In this document: one piece after another, positions 51,541-63,195 of the stretch
How the letters are laid out: each line of letters begins with the position of its first letter
How positions within the stretch are numbered: the first letter of the stretch is position 1
Source of the DNA: Octopus bimaculoides
Taxonomy: Eukaryota
Assembly: GCF_001194135.2 (NCBI RefSeq)
Contig: NC_068990.1
Span: 12,668,368 to 12,731,937, forward strand
DNA length: 63,570 bases
Direction: 5' to 3'
The notes under the pieces: model-generated
What the model was told of the DNA's origin: nothing
Seen by the model: only the letters and a program-made list of their open reading frames with translations
The model's database searches: none
Program-made: the position numbers and the translations under genes

Positions 51541-52927
51541 TATAGTAATATTAAGAATATTTCCTTATATGTCCCTGATCTACTTTTAAAGAGAGAGTCA
51601 TGTGAGCACAATTTTTTCTATGTATTAAGAATGTCAAAATGAGTATTTGCTAATACAGCCAAATAGTTTTATAAAAGCTAATTTACATTCAAGCTTAGAG
51701 ATATTCTGAATAAATTTAACTGTTTCTGAACACTTTGTTTGCTTGTTAACTATATCCGAAATAACAAAAAACAAACAAACAAGCATGATCCTTTATTTCT
51801 TCACTACATCTTTATATATATATATATTATACACACACACACACACACACACACATTGTGTCCCCAAATCAGAAAATTATGTATTAAATAGCTTTGTGAT
51901 TGTTTTCCTTTTTTCCTTTCTGTCTATTGTTTATTCTTTTGTGTTTTTCAAATTCTATGTTTTATCTCTGGTTGACATTAAATTCTCTTGATTTCTTTAT
52001 TTAATCAGCTCAACTCTGATTCAACCTCTTTGTAGAATGTCAGTTATTGAGAATATATTATCAAGGAAGAAAATAGGCTTGAGCAAAGAGATTCCTATTA
52101 ATTTTCAGGTTATTGCTTTTCAGATATAAAATGGAATAAAGCTGAAATCTAGAGTTTCTAAGAGAATCTGTTCACAGCAATAGCTTTTCATAATGTATGA
52201 ACATTGCTTCCTCAGATTTATTATATAGCTATTTCATTTTTATTATAGTGAGGCATATCTTTTCTACTATTTTTCTATACTCCAAATGAGATCGAGATAT
52301 TATTGCTCAAATATCATTTAAGTAATGCTAACTTAAATGCTATTTTTTTATTTTTAAATTTTCTCTTCTAAAGCAAAGTAATAAACTAGATAAATAAAAT
52401 TGATGTGAAACCTAAATTCTATTGTGCCATATTCTGCAATAAGAGAAAACAGTCATTATCTCAGTTTAATTCTGTCTTTGGGGTTTTGTTCAGTGGTGAT
52501 AATGAGGTGCAATGATAAAATTTTTCTAAGCAACGATGACATTAAGTATTTTGAAGTCTGCTTAATAAAAACTGATTTTGGCTACCACCTTTAGATATTA
52601 TCGCTTTTATTGTGAGCTGTTATTGTTAACTAATGCCATTTTTGTATTACTACTCTGCGCATTTGGTCATCTTGTTCTAAGGTGCTTGGGTTGTAGTTTG
52701 ACAAACATGGTGGGTTTTATCATATTCTATATTAATTTCTGTTTTCAGACAGAGTTTGTTGTTATTGCTTATTTAGCCCCAGGTTAGTCCTTATCAAGCA
52801 AAATTATAGTCAAAAGCTTTACAGTACTGAATGGGTGATCTTTTTCAGGACACTTGAATCACTATTTTGAGCATGTATCTAAGCCAAAATTAACACTACC
52901 ATTTAAGTACTGGGGTCAATTTAATTG

Positions 52928-53450
52928 ACCATACATCAGTAACTGAAGGCTCAGAAGATCTGAAGTTGCTGTTAGTTTTGTTCTTCAATAGCCCATGGAA
53001 AGTAGACATTAAAAACACTTTCTTCACAAAAGACAGAAAATATAGTGAGTTGGCTGAACTTTCTGAAAACAATGAATGGGTGGCAATATGCCTTCTGTAG
53101 AGATAGGTGTTAGAGGATTTGGTTGGACCATGGTTCACTCAATACTCAGGTGTCTTGGACTTGCTGCAATGGAGACAAAAGATGTTTCCAGAAAATTGTC
53201 AGAAGCCACTGAGAGAACAAGCCTTTTCATCTGGCTCAAGAGAGAGGATGAGTGGTGCAGCAGGAGTATTGAGGATGGTGCAGAAAAACGATGTAGCTAA
53301 GACTTGCAACATCTGACTCAACCAATTTCCTGCTGTTGCGTGGAAGCTTTGTTACCTAAATTTGTGAGTAGTCCGAGGCATCTCTGGTGTTGTCATGGAA
53401 AGGCCCAAAACACCTTCAGAACTGCTTCACCACCTTATGAGACATCAATT
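52928..53450 (+). pseudogene. Decayed HERO-like (RLE-clade) non-LTR retrotransposon 3' end
   Basis: PWKVDIKNTFFTKDRKYSELAELSENNEW, then a frameshift, then VEIGVRGF..LSEATERTSLFIWLKRE. This matches the VPWE / K..KY / PVEVGCRGF / AERAS..LWLKR motifs. The clade is recalled, not searched. Confidence 0.7.
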
Positions 53451-55389
53451 CCTACATTTAGAGATGGAACACAGTAGTAGCACCTCCAGCGCCCTAGTGT
53501 TTACCTTAAAGGGCAATTCCTGTAATGACAATGGTGCTAAGTGGGATATACACTTGTCCTTTCTGTGATAACATCTGTAGCATAGAGGTCAGACTTACTG
53601 GATAGATTATTACTGATCTTCCAAATAGCCCTTTTATAATGGTACCTTATATCATTAATAAAAAACACAATACTACCTTAAGACAGAATTCAAACCTGAA
53701 ATGATTGCTTTATCTTAATAGGAATTTAGTGAGAAGTATCACAAACTTTCCTTCATCTAACAAGGGATTCCACCATTCTCATCGTCTTACATACTTATGA
53801 AATATTCTAAACTGTATAACTTGTCTAAATAGGAGGTTGAATATATATTCAATGATAAGCCACTGATGTAAATTACTCAATGAAGGTCTTGTTATGTCAT
53901 CACAAGACCTTTAAAAATTCTCTCCCTAAAGTGTACCCCACTGTCTTTATAAAAAGGAAAAAAGAAAGGATGCATTGAATAATGTAGTTGCTGATATACA
54001 AAAAGTCTGGATAGTCATGACTGGAATGCCTTTTGATCATAGTTTTTTGGGTCACAGCTTACCAGAAGCTAAACAACAACTCAAAGATGCTATTGATATG
54101 AAAAATAATAGTTAAGTTAATGTTTGCATATTTAAAGCATTCATCCATCATAATCATCAGTTTTTACATCCGCCTTTTCATGCTTGCATGGGTCAGATGG
54201 AATTTGTCATGGCAGATTTTCTGTAGCTGGATGCCCTTCCTGTCACCAACTCTCATTTGTTTCCAAATAAAGAAATATCTTCCCCATAACCTGACTCTTT
54301 TCATTAGAGAACATTGAAAATGAGCAACACTACACATGGTGGTGATAATCATTTTAAATTGTTGCAAAATATCAAGATAAGAAGGCACATGTACACACAC
54401 ACGCACACACATACACACGTACACACACACACATACACATGCACATTTGCATGTATATGTACATATATGATGGGATTCTGTTCACAAGGCTTTGGTCAGC
54501 TCAGGGCTATAGAAAAAGGCACTTACCCAAAATGCAATACAGTGAGATTGAACCTAAGTCCATGTGGGTGGAAAGGACACTTCTTATCCACACAGCCATG
54601 CCTATGCCTATATAGTGATAAGCATCAAAAATATAAGTAAAAGTAGTTATGAATTAATGCTAAGTTTATTATTCTTCATGTTGATAGTACTCCTGAGTAA
54701 ATTACCATGTTTTTTATTTTCTTTTACGCTAATTTTTCATTTAGAGATTTTCATTTCATGATTCTCACATGCAGAGCAAAGATTATATATCATAGAAGAG
54801 GTCAACTAAGACTAAACATGTTCAGAGTTATCTCCCATACTTGCTGAAATGATTAAAAAATAATCATCATGCTAATTTCTTTTCTTTTTTTTTTTCATTG
54901 CATAATCATTTCTAATTAGATTTTGAGGCCAAACCCCAATTCTTGACAAATGCATTTAAGAAACAAGGTAAATACATGATGGAGTTGGGGTGTGGTTATG
55001 GGTTACTGTATATTACAGTTAGAGTTTAGGTTTGGGGAGCTGTGCATCAGTTGGTTGCTTGACTCTATCATTGCAGTATATATATAACAAATCTTGCCAT
55101 AATGCTCACAAGAGAATCTTGTAAATTCAGGACAATGACCTCTGATGATCATGAGAGGAGATGGATGAAAGAAAGATGTAACAAAGCAAAGTAGCTATAT
55201 CAGATAAAAATCAAAGAATCTAGAGTTTTGTTCCACTTCTGTTGTACATTTATGTTCAATAATTCTTAAAAGCCTGCATTGTTAAATGTAAATAATGTTA
55301 CAGATCAAAATTACAGTGTAGGAAAATGGGGCAAAGCAAAACCATTCAATTCATGATGAACAATGCATTGGGTTTTTTTCAGATTACTC

Positions 55390-55608
55390 TTTACTCTTTT
55401 ACTCTTTTACTTGTTTCAGTCATTTGACTGCGGCTATGCTGGAGCACTGCCTTTAGTCGAGCAAATCGACCCCGGGACTTATTCTTTGTTAGCCTAGTAC
55501 TTATTCTATCGGTCTCTTTTTGCCGAACCGCTAAGTTACGGGGACGCAAACACACCAGCATCGGTTGTCAAGCGATGGTGGGGGGGACAAACACAGACAC
55601 ACAAATAC

Positions 55609-55673
<65 letters not shown>

Positions 55674-55832
55674 CATACGATGGGCTTCTTTCAGTTTCCG
55701 CCTACCATATCCACTCACAAGGCTTTGGTCAGCCCGAGGCTATAGTAGAAGACACTTGCCCAAGGTGCCACGCAGTAGGACTGAACCCGGAACCATGTGG
55801 TTCGTAAGCAAGCTACTTACCACACAGCCACA
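55390..55832 (-). mobile_element. SINE family A, full length and CpG-rich (young)
   Basis: Head, CORE-like region, internal (TA)n, 3' half and (AAAAGAGT)n-type tail are all present. Confidence 0.9.
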
Positions 55833-56652
55833 ATTTTTAAATTTGCATCTAGTTGTTGTTATAGTCGTTGTTGTTATTTAGTGCCACGTCAGTCCTGTTT
55901 GAGCAGTTTTTATGATCAAAGACATCTCACCTGCATTCCTGTTTCTTTTCCAATTGACAGAGGACCTAGAACCAGATTAGCAATTGTGTTCTTTTTAAAA
56001 AAACAATTTGTTATGAGCTGAGGTAAATTAAGCTGCTATTTCTTGTATGTTGAGTTACCACATAAAGCACTCCCATTTACTTTCTTGTTTTTCGTTTTTA
56101 AATGGCTAACATGAGTTTTCTATCATGTAGATGTTTTAGTTTTAACCTATTCACTTAAGTCAAGTCACTTAATAATGATGTACAACTCTGAAACAAATAT
56201 ATACCTTATTTATTCCTGAGAATTGATATCCTAAGATGAATTAATTCCTCATAAACCTTCTATGAAAACCCATCTTCAGGAATTTTGTGAAAACTTTCAT
56301 CCCTTCTCTCCCTGTCTCTTCATATATTCATGTGTATTTATGTGTAGGTATCACAACATGGTGAGTTCAATTCCTAGACTGAGCAGTGCATTGAGTTGTT
56401 GTGCAAAACATTTCGTCTTATGTTGATCTGTGATTCCTTTGACACCTGACATGTTGTGCACCAAGCACCTGTTCAGGTAACATCGATTTTATAAAGGGTG
56501 TGAAATAATGTGCAGCACAAACTATTTGATCACTATAAACAGATCATTTGTGCAGGTTGTTCACTAGAAATTGCAGAACTGTCTTTCTTGGATTCAAGAG
56601 ACTAACATTATTTTCATCATTTAATATAGGTCTGTACACACACACAAACAAA

Positions 56653-56691
<39 letters not shown>

Positions 56692-56721
56692 AAATACATG
56701 CATACACACACATTTATGTTA

Positions 56722-56992
56722 TTTCTTTACTACCCACAAGGGGCTACACACAGAGGGGACAAACAAGGACAGACAAACGGATTAAGTCGATTACATCGAC
56801 CCCAGTGCGTAACTGGTACTTATTTAATTGACCCCGAAAGGATGAAAGGCAAAGTCGACCTAGGCGGAATTTGAACTCAGAACGTAGCGGCACAACGAAA
56901 TACCTATTTCTTTACTGCCCACAAGGGGCTACACACAGAGGGGACAAACAAGGACAGACAAACGGATTAAGTCGATTACATCGACCCCAGTG
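56722..56992 (-). mobile_element. Two head-to-tail young family B SINE copies (period 185), the second running into a gap
   Basis: tttctttact(a/g)cccacaaggggctacacacagaggggacaaac.. occurs at 56722 and 56907 and is near-identical. Confidence 0.85.
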
Positions 56993-57195
56993 NNNNNNNN
57001 NNNNNNNNNNNNNNNNNNNNNNNNNNNNNNNNNNNNNNNNNNNNNNNNNNNNNNNNNNNNNNNNNNNNNNNNNNNNNNNNNNNNNNNNNNNNNNNNNNNN
57101 NNNNNNNNNNNNNNNNNNNNNNNNNNNNNNNNNNNNNNNNNNNNNNNNNNNNNNNNNNNNNNNNNNNNNNNNNNNNNNNNNNNNNNNNNNNNNNN

Positions 57196-57387
57196 ATGAT
57201 TGACCGTTGACCGAACACTATTCAATTTTTTTTCTCCGTGTTTTTCTCCTTGTCTCTGTATTCTTTCTGTTGAAGAGCGTAGCTCGAAACGTCAAAGACT
57301 TTCCGTATTCCCAAGCGTCATACTAATACATCCTTTTGTTGTTTACACCACCTGTCCTCGTCTGTTGTTGTTTTTTCGTACATTCTC

Positions 57388-57390
<3 letters not shown>
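57196..57390 (+). mobile_element. Penelope-pLTR-like repeat carrying the H2 hammerhead
   Basis: CpG-rich, U-rich leader homologous to 27112-27215. The 5' end is lost in an N gap. Confidence 0.65.
57262..57298 (+). ncRNA. Minimal type I hammerhead-like motif (H2, A6U core variant)
   Basis: TCTTT(57262-66)/AAAGA(57294-98) stem I; CTGTTGA 57267-73 plus A; GAGC-GTA-GCTC stem II; GAAA 57286-89; ACGT palindrome; predicted GUC cut after 57293. Confidence 0.65.
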
Positions 57391-57434
<44 letters not shown>

Positions 57435-57439
57435 GTGAT

Positions 57440-57665
57440 GCATTTATATGTGTGTGTCTGTGTTTGTCCCCCCCACCCGCTAGCATTTGACAACCGTTGT
57501 GGGTGTGTTTATGTCCCCATATCTTAGTGGTTTGGCGAAAGAAACTGATAAAATAAGTACTAAACTTACAAAGAATAAGTCCTGACTTCTTTGACTAAAA
57601 CCCTTTAAAGTGGAGCTTCTGCATGGCCACAGTCGAATGACTGAAACAAGTAAAAGACTGAAAGA
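57440..57665 (+). mobile_element. SINE family A 3' half
   Basis: gtgtctgtgtttgtcccccc ... gcatggccacagtcgaatgactgaaacaagtaaaag. Confidence 0.8.
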
Positions 57666-57678
57666 ATACCTATATCTG

Positions 57679-57712
<34 letters not shown>

Positions 57713-57714
57713 TA

Positions 57715-57840
57715 CCAATCTGATTTGGTAGAAACTCTGCCAAATCAGATTGGAGCCTGGTGTAGCCATCTGGTTTCACCAGTCCTCAGTCAAATCGTCC
57801 AACCCATACTAGCATGGAAAGAGGACATTAAACGACGATA
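57715..57840 (+). mobile_element. 5'-truncated family E tail with a fold-back 5' end, inside (TA)n
   Basis: A perfect 14-bp inverted repeat at 57715-57728/57740-57753 precedes the standard E tail. Confidence 0.8.
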
Positions 57841-58201
57841 TATATATATATATATATAGTTTTAGGGAAAATAACCAACTTTCAAGAACTTTACTTTATA
57901 TTATACTCATTTATTGTGCTTTTAATTGTTAATTTTTCTATATGTGATAGTGAATTTTCATCGATGAGTTCTTGAAACTTGGTTATTTTCCCTANNNNNN
58001 NNNNNNNNNNNNNNNNNNNNNNNNNNNNNNNNNNNNNNNNNNNNNNNNNNNNNNNNNNNNNNNNNNNNNNNNNNNNNNNNNNNNNNNNNNNNNNNNNNNN
58101 NNNNNNNNNNNNNNNNNNNNNNNNNNNNNNNNNNNNNNNNNNNNNNNNNNNNNNNNNNNNNNNNNNNNNNNNNNNNNNNNNNNNNNNNNNNNNNNNNNNN
58201 N

Positions 58202-58234
<33 letters not shown>

Positions 58235-58374
58235 AAGAGTAGTCTTTTGAATATACTTCAAAAAGTTCTAGTTTGCTCATTTCTGAAGTTTGAAAATAAA
58301 AAATTTAAAGATTACTTCTTAAAATTAGCTTAATTAAATCCATGTACTCATTTTGTCTAAATTTTCTCTTTCAG

Positions 58375-58622
58375 TTGTCCGTTTGACTACGTCAAAATAT
58401 ATGACGGGTATAGTAAAGAGGATCCTGTCATTGGAGTATTCTGTGGACATTACAAGAACTTGACATTATTCTCTTCAAAGGAAGCACTTTATATTGAATT
58501 TAAAACTAGAAGTGGACGAGTCAGTTTTGACCACCATGCATTTGATGCAAATGCTGATTTTAAGTTTGAACGAAGAGGTTTCAATATCACTTATGAATTT
58601 AGTAAACGTTTCGTTAATCTAA
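58375..58622 (+). CDS. Sol1: Internal coding exon: C-terminal half of the same CUB domain, SOL-1-like
   Basis: Polypyrimidine tract with ttcAG acceptor at 58373-58374 and GTAAGT donor at 58623. An open frame of 82 codons encodes CPFDYVKIYDGYSKEDPVIGVFCGHYKNLTLFSSKEALYIEFKTRSGRVSFDHHAFDANADFKFERRGFNITYEFSKRFVNL (CUB motifs C..DY..IYDG, G.FCG, RGF...Y). It is absent from the ORF track because it lacks a start codon. Confidence 0.88.
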
Positions 58623-59871
58623 GTAAGTAAACTTTATATTTTCAATTGATTTGCTTGTATTTCTTTCAGTTCTTCTTTGCTTATCTCTTTCATCATTTTT
58701 CTTTAATGTATTTTGTAAACGACAATTTTATTCATAATATTGCATCAGATGTACAGTAACTTTGAGTTGACCAATGCCTTGTGAGCGACATTTGGTGAAG
58801 ATGGCTGTGCAGAACCCACCTTCATTCTTACTTGCTAAAACTTTTGTCGTACCTAAGTTTCTTTTAGATATCTTGATTCAAGTTTTTACTTCTAAATTAA
58901 GAATCACTTCACAAATAATTCTGAGACAGATTCAGCTAAGCAAACTATATCATTGGCATACTGAAGTCCCTATGGACAACCAGTCTTAAACTCTATTGTC
59001 ATAGTCTTAAGAATTATAATCTATGGGATGATACTGAGAACTGAGTCCTAATAGAAATCTCCCTGCTTGCTGGTTGATAACTCTCAACTTACCAACAACT
59101 ACTTTGTTAGAGAGAAATATCAAGGAAGAATTGGAAGAAGTATTGAGATTTGATCTGATGAGACTAAACCTGATAAAGGGGTAACAAGGGACTGTAACAT
59201 TTAGTTGGATGAACTGCTTTTAAAATCCATTCATCTATATTTAATTTCCATACAACCATCAAACTACAAAATATGATACCTTATTGTTGAAGTCAATGAA
59301 TGCTAGCTAGAGTGGTTTACTTTTTACTAGGGACTACTCTTATAATTCTTGCTACACTTTTGTATTTGGCTTGCAAGATTCTTGACATGAATTCATGTGT
59401 TGAAACAAATTTTGTTGTGTCTTGGGAAAGTTGCGATGAAAGAATTATGACTACAAACAAACAGGTGATCAATTGCTTAACCATCATATTAATCAAACAA
59501 TCAGTTAATTAATTAGTTAGATATTTAACCAATTTACTAACAATAATGAAGTAAACCCGAACCTGTGCATGTGTTAGTCCTGTATTTGTCTCACTGAAAG
59601 ATGACATCAGTATTACTCCATTCAAGGACACACTTTCGTTATCATTTTGGTTAATTTTCCTCCTAATTAACAATATTATAGCATTTCCTGTTACATTCAG
59701 TAGTTGCTAATTATTTTCATTTTTCACTATTTACTCATATGCTGGAGTTTCATTGACTTGCACGTTCCAAGGTCTTTTCATTTTCTGATTTAACTATTTT
59801 CTTATATCCATAATTTACAATTTGTTCATAAATTTTATTAACATGCAGCACTGTCTCTCTTTAAGACATAA

Positions 59872-60246
59872 CGAATTCTATTGTGGCATGGAACTATTTA
59901 TCTTTAGTATCATTTTGTGGTACATTTTCCAAATTTTATCCAATTAATGCTGACCAGTCCATGCTTGATCTGTTGTCTATATCTGTTATGTATAGAATGT
60001 TGTTAGTTTCCTCTAATGGAAGATTTTGCTGTCATAGTCTCCGTCAGTATCTGAACGATGAATACATTACAGATAACATTCATCTTTAGACGGTAATGGT
60101 TTTGTCTCATGTCACACATCATTGTCTTTAGGCCATGTAAGTATCACATATCCTCGGTTTTACTAAATCGAAGATCGTCTTTATTTCATGGAAATATCTG
60201 ACAACAAATCAATCATATTTCTTTTGTGTGTAATGGAAATATATAT
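59872..60246 (+). repeat. Copy 1 of a recent direct duplication (partner 63196-63570)
   Basis: Constant offset of 3324 with no indels. About five substitutions counted by eye over the ~360-bp core. Confidence 0.9.
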
Positions 60247-61177
60247 ATATAATATGTCAGACATTATAATTTTACAAAATGACGGTGTAGAGTATCACTG
60301 ACTTTTTCATCTATAGACATCGAGTACAAAAAAAGCAATTGCTAACTTTGCATTGTTCAGTTGATATTCTGTATATGTAGAGTACAAGACTTCTAATGGT
60401 CATACCATGTAAAATTCTATTTTTCAAAACATAATGCTCTTTTCAACTACTTCCAAACAATCCAAACCCTAGATGTTATAACATTATCCTTAGTTCCACC
60501 TCAAAGTATTCTTCAGCATTAAATCATTATTTTGTGTCAATAACATTAAATTACCTTTACAAAAATGGAAATGTGGATGTCCTTTTATTTATCATGAAAT
60601 TCATCCTATTTATATTCTTCCTTTATAATAAATAAAATTAGTTTCTTTGTCAGTATGCATGTTTATGTCTGTGTGCATATCGTATATGTATGTATGTATG
60701 TATGTACGTACAAATGTATGTAAGAAGAATGTATGAATGTATGTAAGCATGTATGTATGCATGAACATAGTGTGTGTATGTATATATGTATGTATGTATG
60801 CATTTGCCAGAAGATTACAAATGCCAGATTTATGAGAATTTCTTAGAATCCGTATTACAAAATATGTTTTCTTAAAACAGTCTCACCAGTTCTTTTATCA
60901 GTTGTTCCTTGTGAGTAAATCTGCACTTAATATTTCCTGGAATTTTAAAATTCTTAAAATGCATGTTCGTTGATTTATGAACCAAATATTTGTATGCATA
61001 ATTCAAATGAAATAAAGATCTGAGGCATAACTCAAAGTGGCTAATGGTATGTATTTGAATGCCATACACAAATACAGATCTATCATATAGCACACTACGT
61101 TGATTCTTGATTAATTAAAATTGTCCCTGTTTGGAGAGGATGCATCATAATTACCAAATGGCAGTTAACCCTTAAAC

Positions 61178-61591
61178 CAATATTCCTCAACCTGTTTACC
61201 CTTGTGTAAACCTTAAAATAAATTACATATCTCAAGAAACCCCTGCACAAAAAAAAAATTATATACTAAATCTTTCTCATACATTTTTCATTGTAGTTCA
61301 CATGGTAAATATCATATATACGCACACACACACACACATATACATATATATGTATGGTGTCCATAAATTACAAACATCACTAAATTTATCCCCAATGGTT
61401 GTTATATTTCTTTGATAACATAATAGGTTAGATAGAATGATGTCTATATTACAATATTACAATATCCAATAATATGTTGTGCATGTATAGTAATATTACG
61501 ATCATGAAATTATCTCACTCTTTCTCATAGAACCCCAAAGAACCTTTTGTAAAACCCTGGGGTTTCGGGGAACCCCAGTTGAGAAACGCTA
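61178..61591. mobile_element. hAT-type MITE with an 8-bp TSD
   Basis: CCTTAAAC at 61170-61177 and 61592-61599, with degenerate TIRs CAATATTCCTCAAC and GTTGAGAAACGCTA. Confidence 0.8.
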
Positions 61592-61609
61592 CCTTAAACC
61601 TTCAGCTTT

Positions 61610-61750
61610 TAAATTGGCCATATCCACTCACAACACATTGATTAGCCCAGAGCTGTATAGAAGACACTTGCCCAGGGTGTCAAACAGTGGGATTGAACTC
61701 CAGACCACATGGTTCCGAAGCAAGCTTCTTAACCAGACAGTCACACCTGC
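61610..61750 (-). mobile_element. SINE family A 5' half
   Basis: gaagacacttgcccagggtg..cagtgggattgaactccagaccacatggttccgaagcaagcttcttaacc. Confidence 0.75.
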
Positions 61751-62399
61751 ATTTCACACAAGCATAAATGTAGACATCAGTTAAACTGCTGAAAATAATA
61801 ACAGAGATGAATCTATGATTTTGTTTCCTAACCTCTCGACAATCACTGGAAAAGACAAAGTTTGTATAAAGGAAGTACAAAATTAATAATTTAGTCAAGC
61901 GCATAGAAAAATAGGTTATTGAATCAAGCAATAGTTTGTAGCACTGACTCCCACAGTTTCACTGCAAGCCTCCTCTTCTTCCCTACTCCTCATCTACCTT
62001 TCACCTTTAATTTATTCATTGAAACCATCGTTGAATGAACCTTTAGTATATTTGTGGTGCTAATACATCAGACCAAAAGGAAATGAAACCTATTTAAAAG
62101 TTTACAAAGATTTAAGATAGTCAGAGCATATCAAAACAAATTTAATTCATAAGAAGGTAGAAACTGAAGGAGAGAAAAAAAGAGAGGAGGAAGTTTTAAA
62201 CTGGAACACCCTAAATATACTGAATCATGAAAGAAGCATTGCACACATACTAAATAGAAACTGGTTTATTAACAGACTGCCATAGCATTGATTGAAGAGT
62301 GCTAATTAAGAAGCCGTTCTTACTTTCCTAATGATAAAAGGTCATTTCCTGAAACATGTTTGATGTCACATGGTGTCATGTGATGACGGAGTGTTTTGA

Positions 62400-62890
62400 A
62401 TCCAAAAAGATGAATCCAGTATCTCACGTGACCACTGCCAGGCATCTCTGTACATTGAATGCACCAAACGATTGATGAAGCCCACACTGTTAAAACTTGC
62501 TGTGAGTTGTGTTGCAGTTGTCGGCCTTGAACAGATGTCATTTAGCCTTCTTTGGATTTTGTCTGACTGATGCTCTGTGAGGTCCAAGTCCTGACTGAAG
62601 GCACGCCATGGCAGTGTCTGAATGTTGTGCTGTTGGAAGAAGTCTGTTGTCAATCTGGCAGTATGGGCATGGGCGTTGTCATGTTGGAACACGTGATTCC
62701 AATGACGGGCAAAGTATGAATTTTGTGTATGTGCATTGTTTGTTTTTAATTTTGTCAACTACACAGTATAGTAGGGTCAGTTGGGCACTGTCTGTGAGAA
62801 AAAGAGCATAATGACACAATTCACTCTGCCAGAAATTTGGAAACCACATGCTGTTTTGCTTGGCATTCATGCCAGAGGCTCCAGTATAAA
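62400..62890 (-). pseudogene. Tc1-family DDE transposase pseudogene (C-terminal catalytic region)
   Basis: VFQHDNAHAHTARLTTDFFQQHNIQTLPWRAFSQDLDLTEH matches Tc1 FQQDNAxxH..WPxxSPDLNPIE, with a frameshifted GHVRY terminus. Confidence 0.9.
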
Positions 62891-62899
62891 CATTTATAC

Positions 62900-63110
62900 T
62901 GTGTGTCTGTGTTTGTCCCCTCAACATCGCTTGACAACCAATGCTGGTGTGTTTACGTCCCCGTAATTTAGCGGTTCAGGAAAAGAGACCGATAGAATAA
63001 ATACTAGGCTTACAAAGAATAAGTCCTGGGGTCGATTTGCTCGACTAAAGGCGGTGCTCCAGCATGGCCACAGTCAAATGACTGAAACAAGTAAAAGAGT
63101 AAAGAGTAAT
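62900..63110 (+). mobile_element. SINE family A 3' half, young
   Basis: CpG-rich and near-identical in reverse complement to 55390-55600, with an aaaagagtaaagagta tail. Confidence 0.88.
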
Positions 63111-63195
63111 GTAAAAAAAAATTAATATAAAATATACTATTTCTGAGATATTTCAGTTACTCACAAAAATCCCTAGAGTTTTAGTATTATCAAGA

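Larger units (their letters stand above)
7033..58374 (+). other. 51,342-bp phase-2 GT-AG intron splitting a single CUB domain
   Basis: TA at the end of the first exon plus T at the start of the second gives TAT (Tyr), producing the continuous motif FHGGEYCPFDYVKIYDG. Confidence 0.85.

Noticed and set aside
59155-59200. Isolated CTGATGA
   Set aside because: No stem II or GAAA follows.
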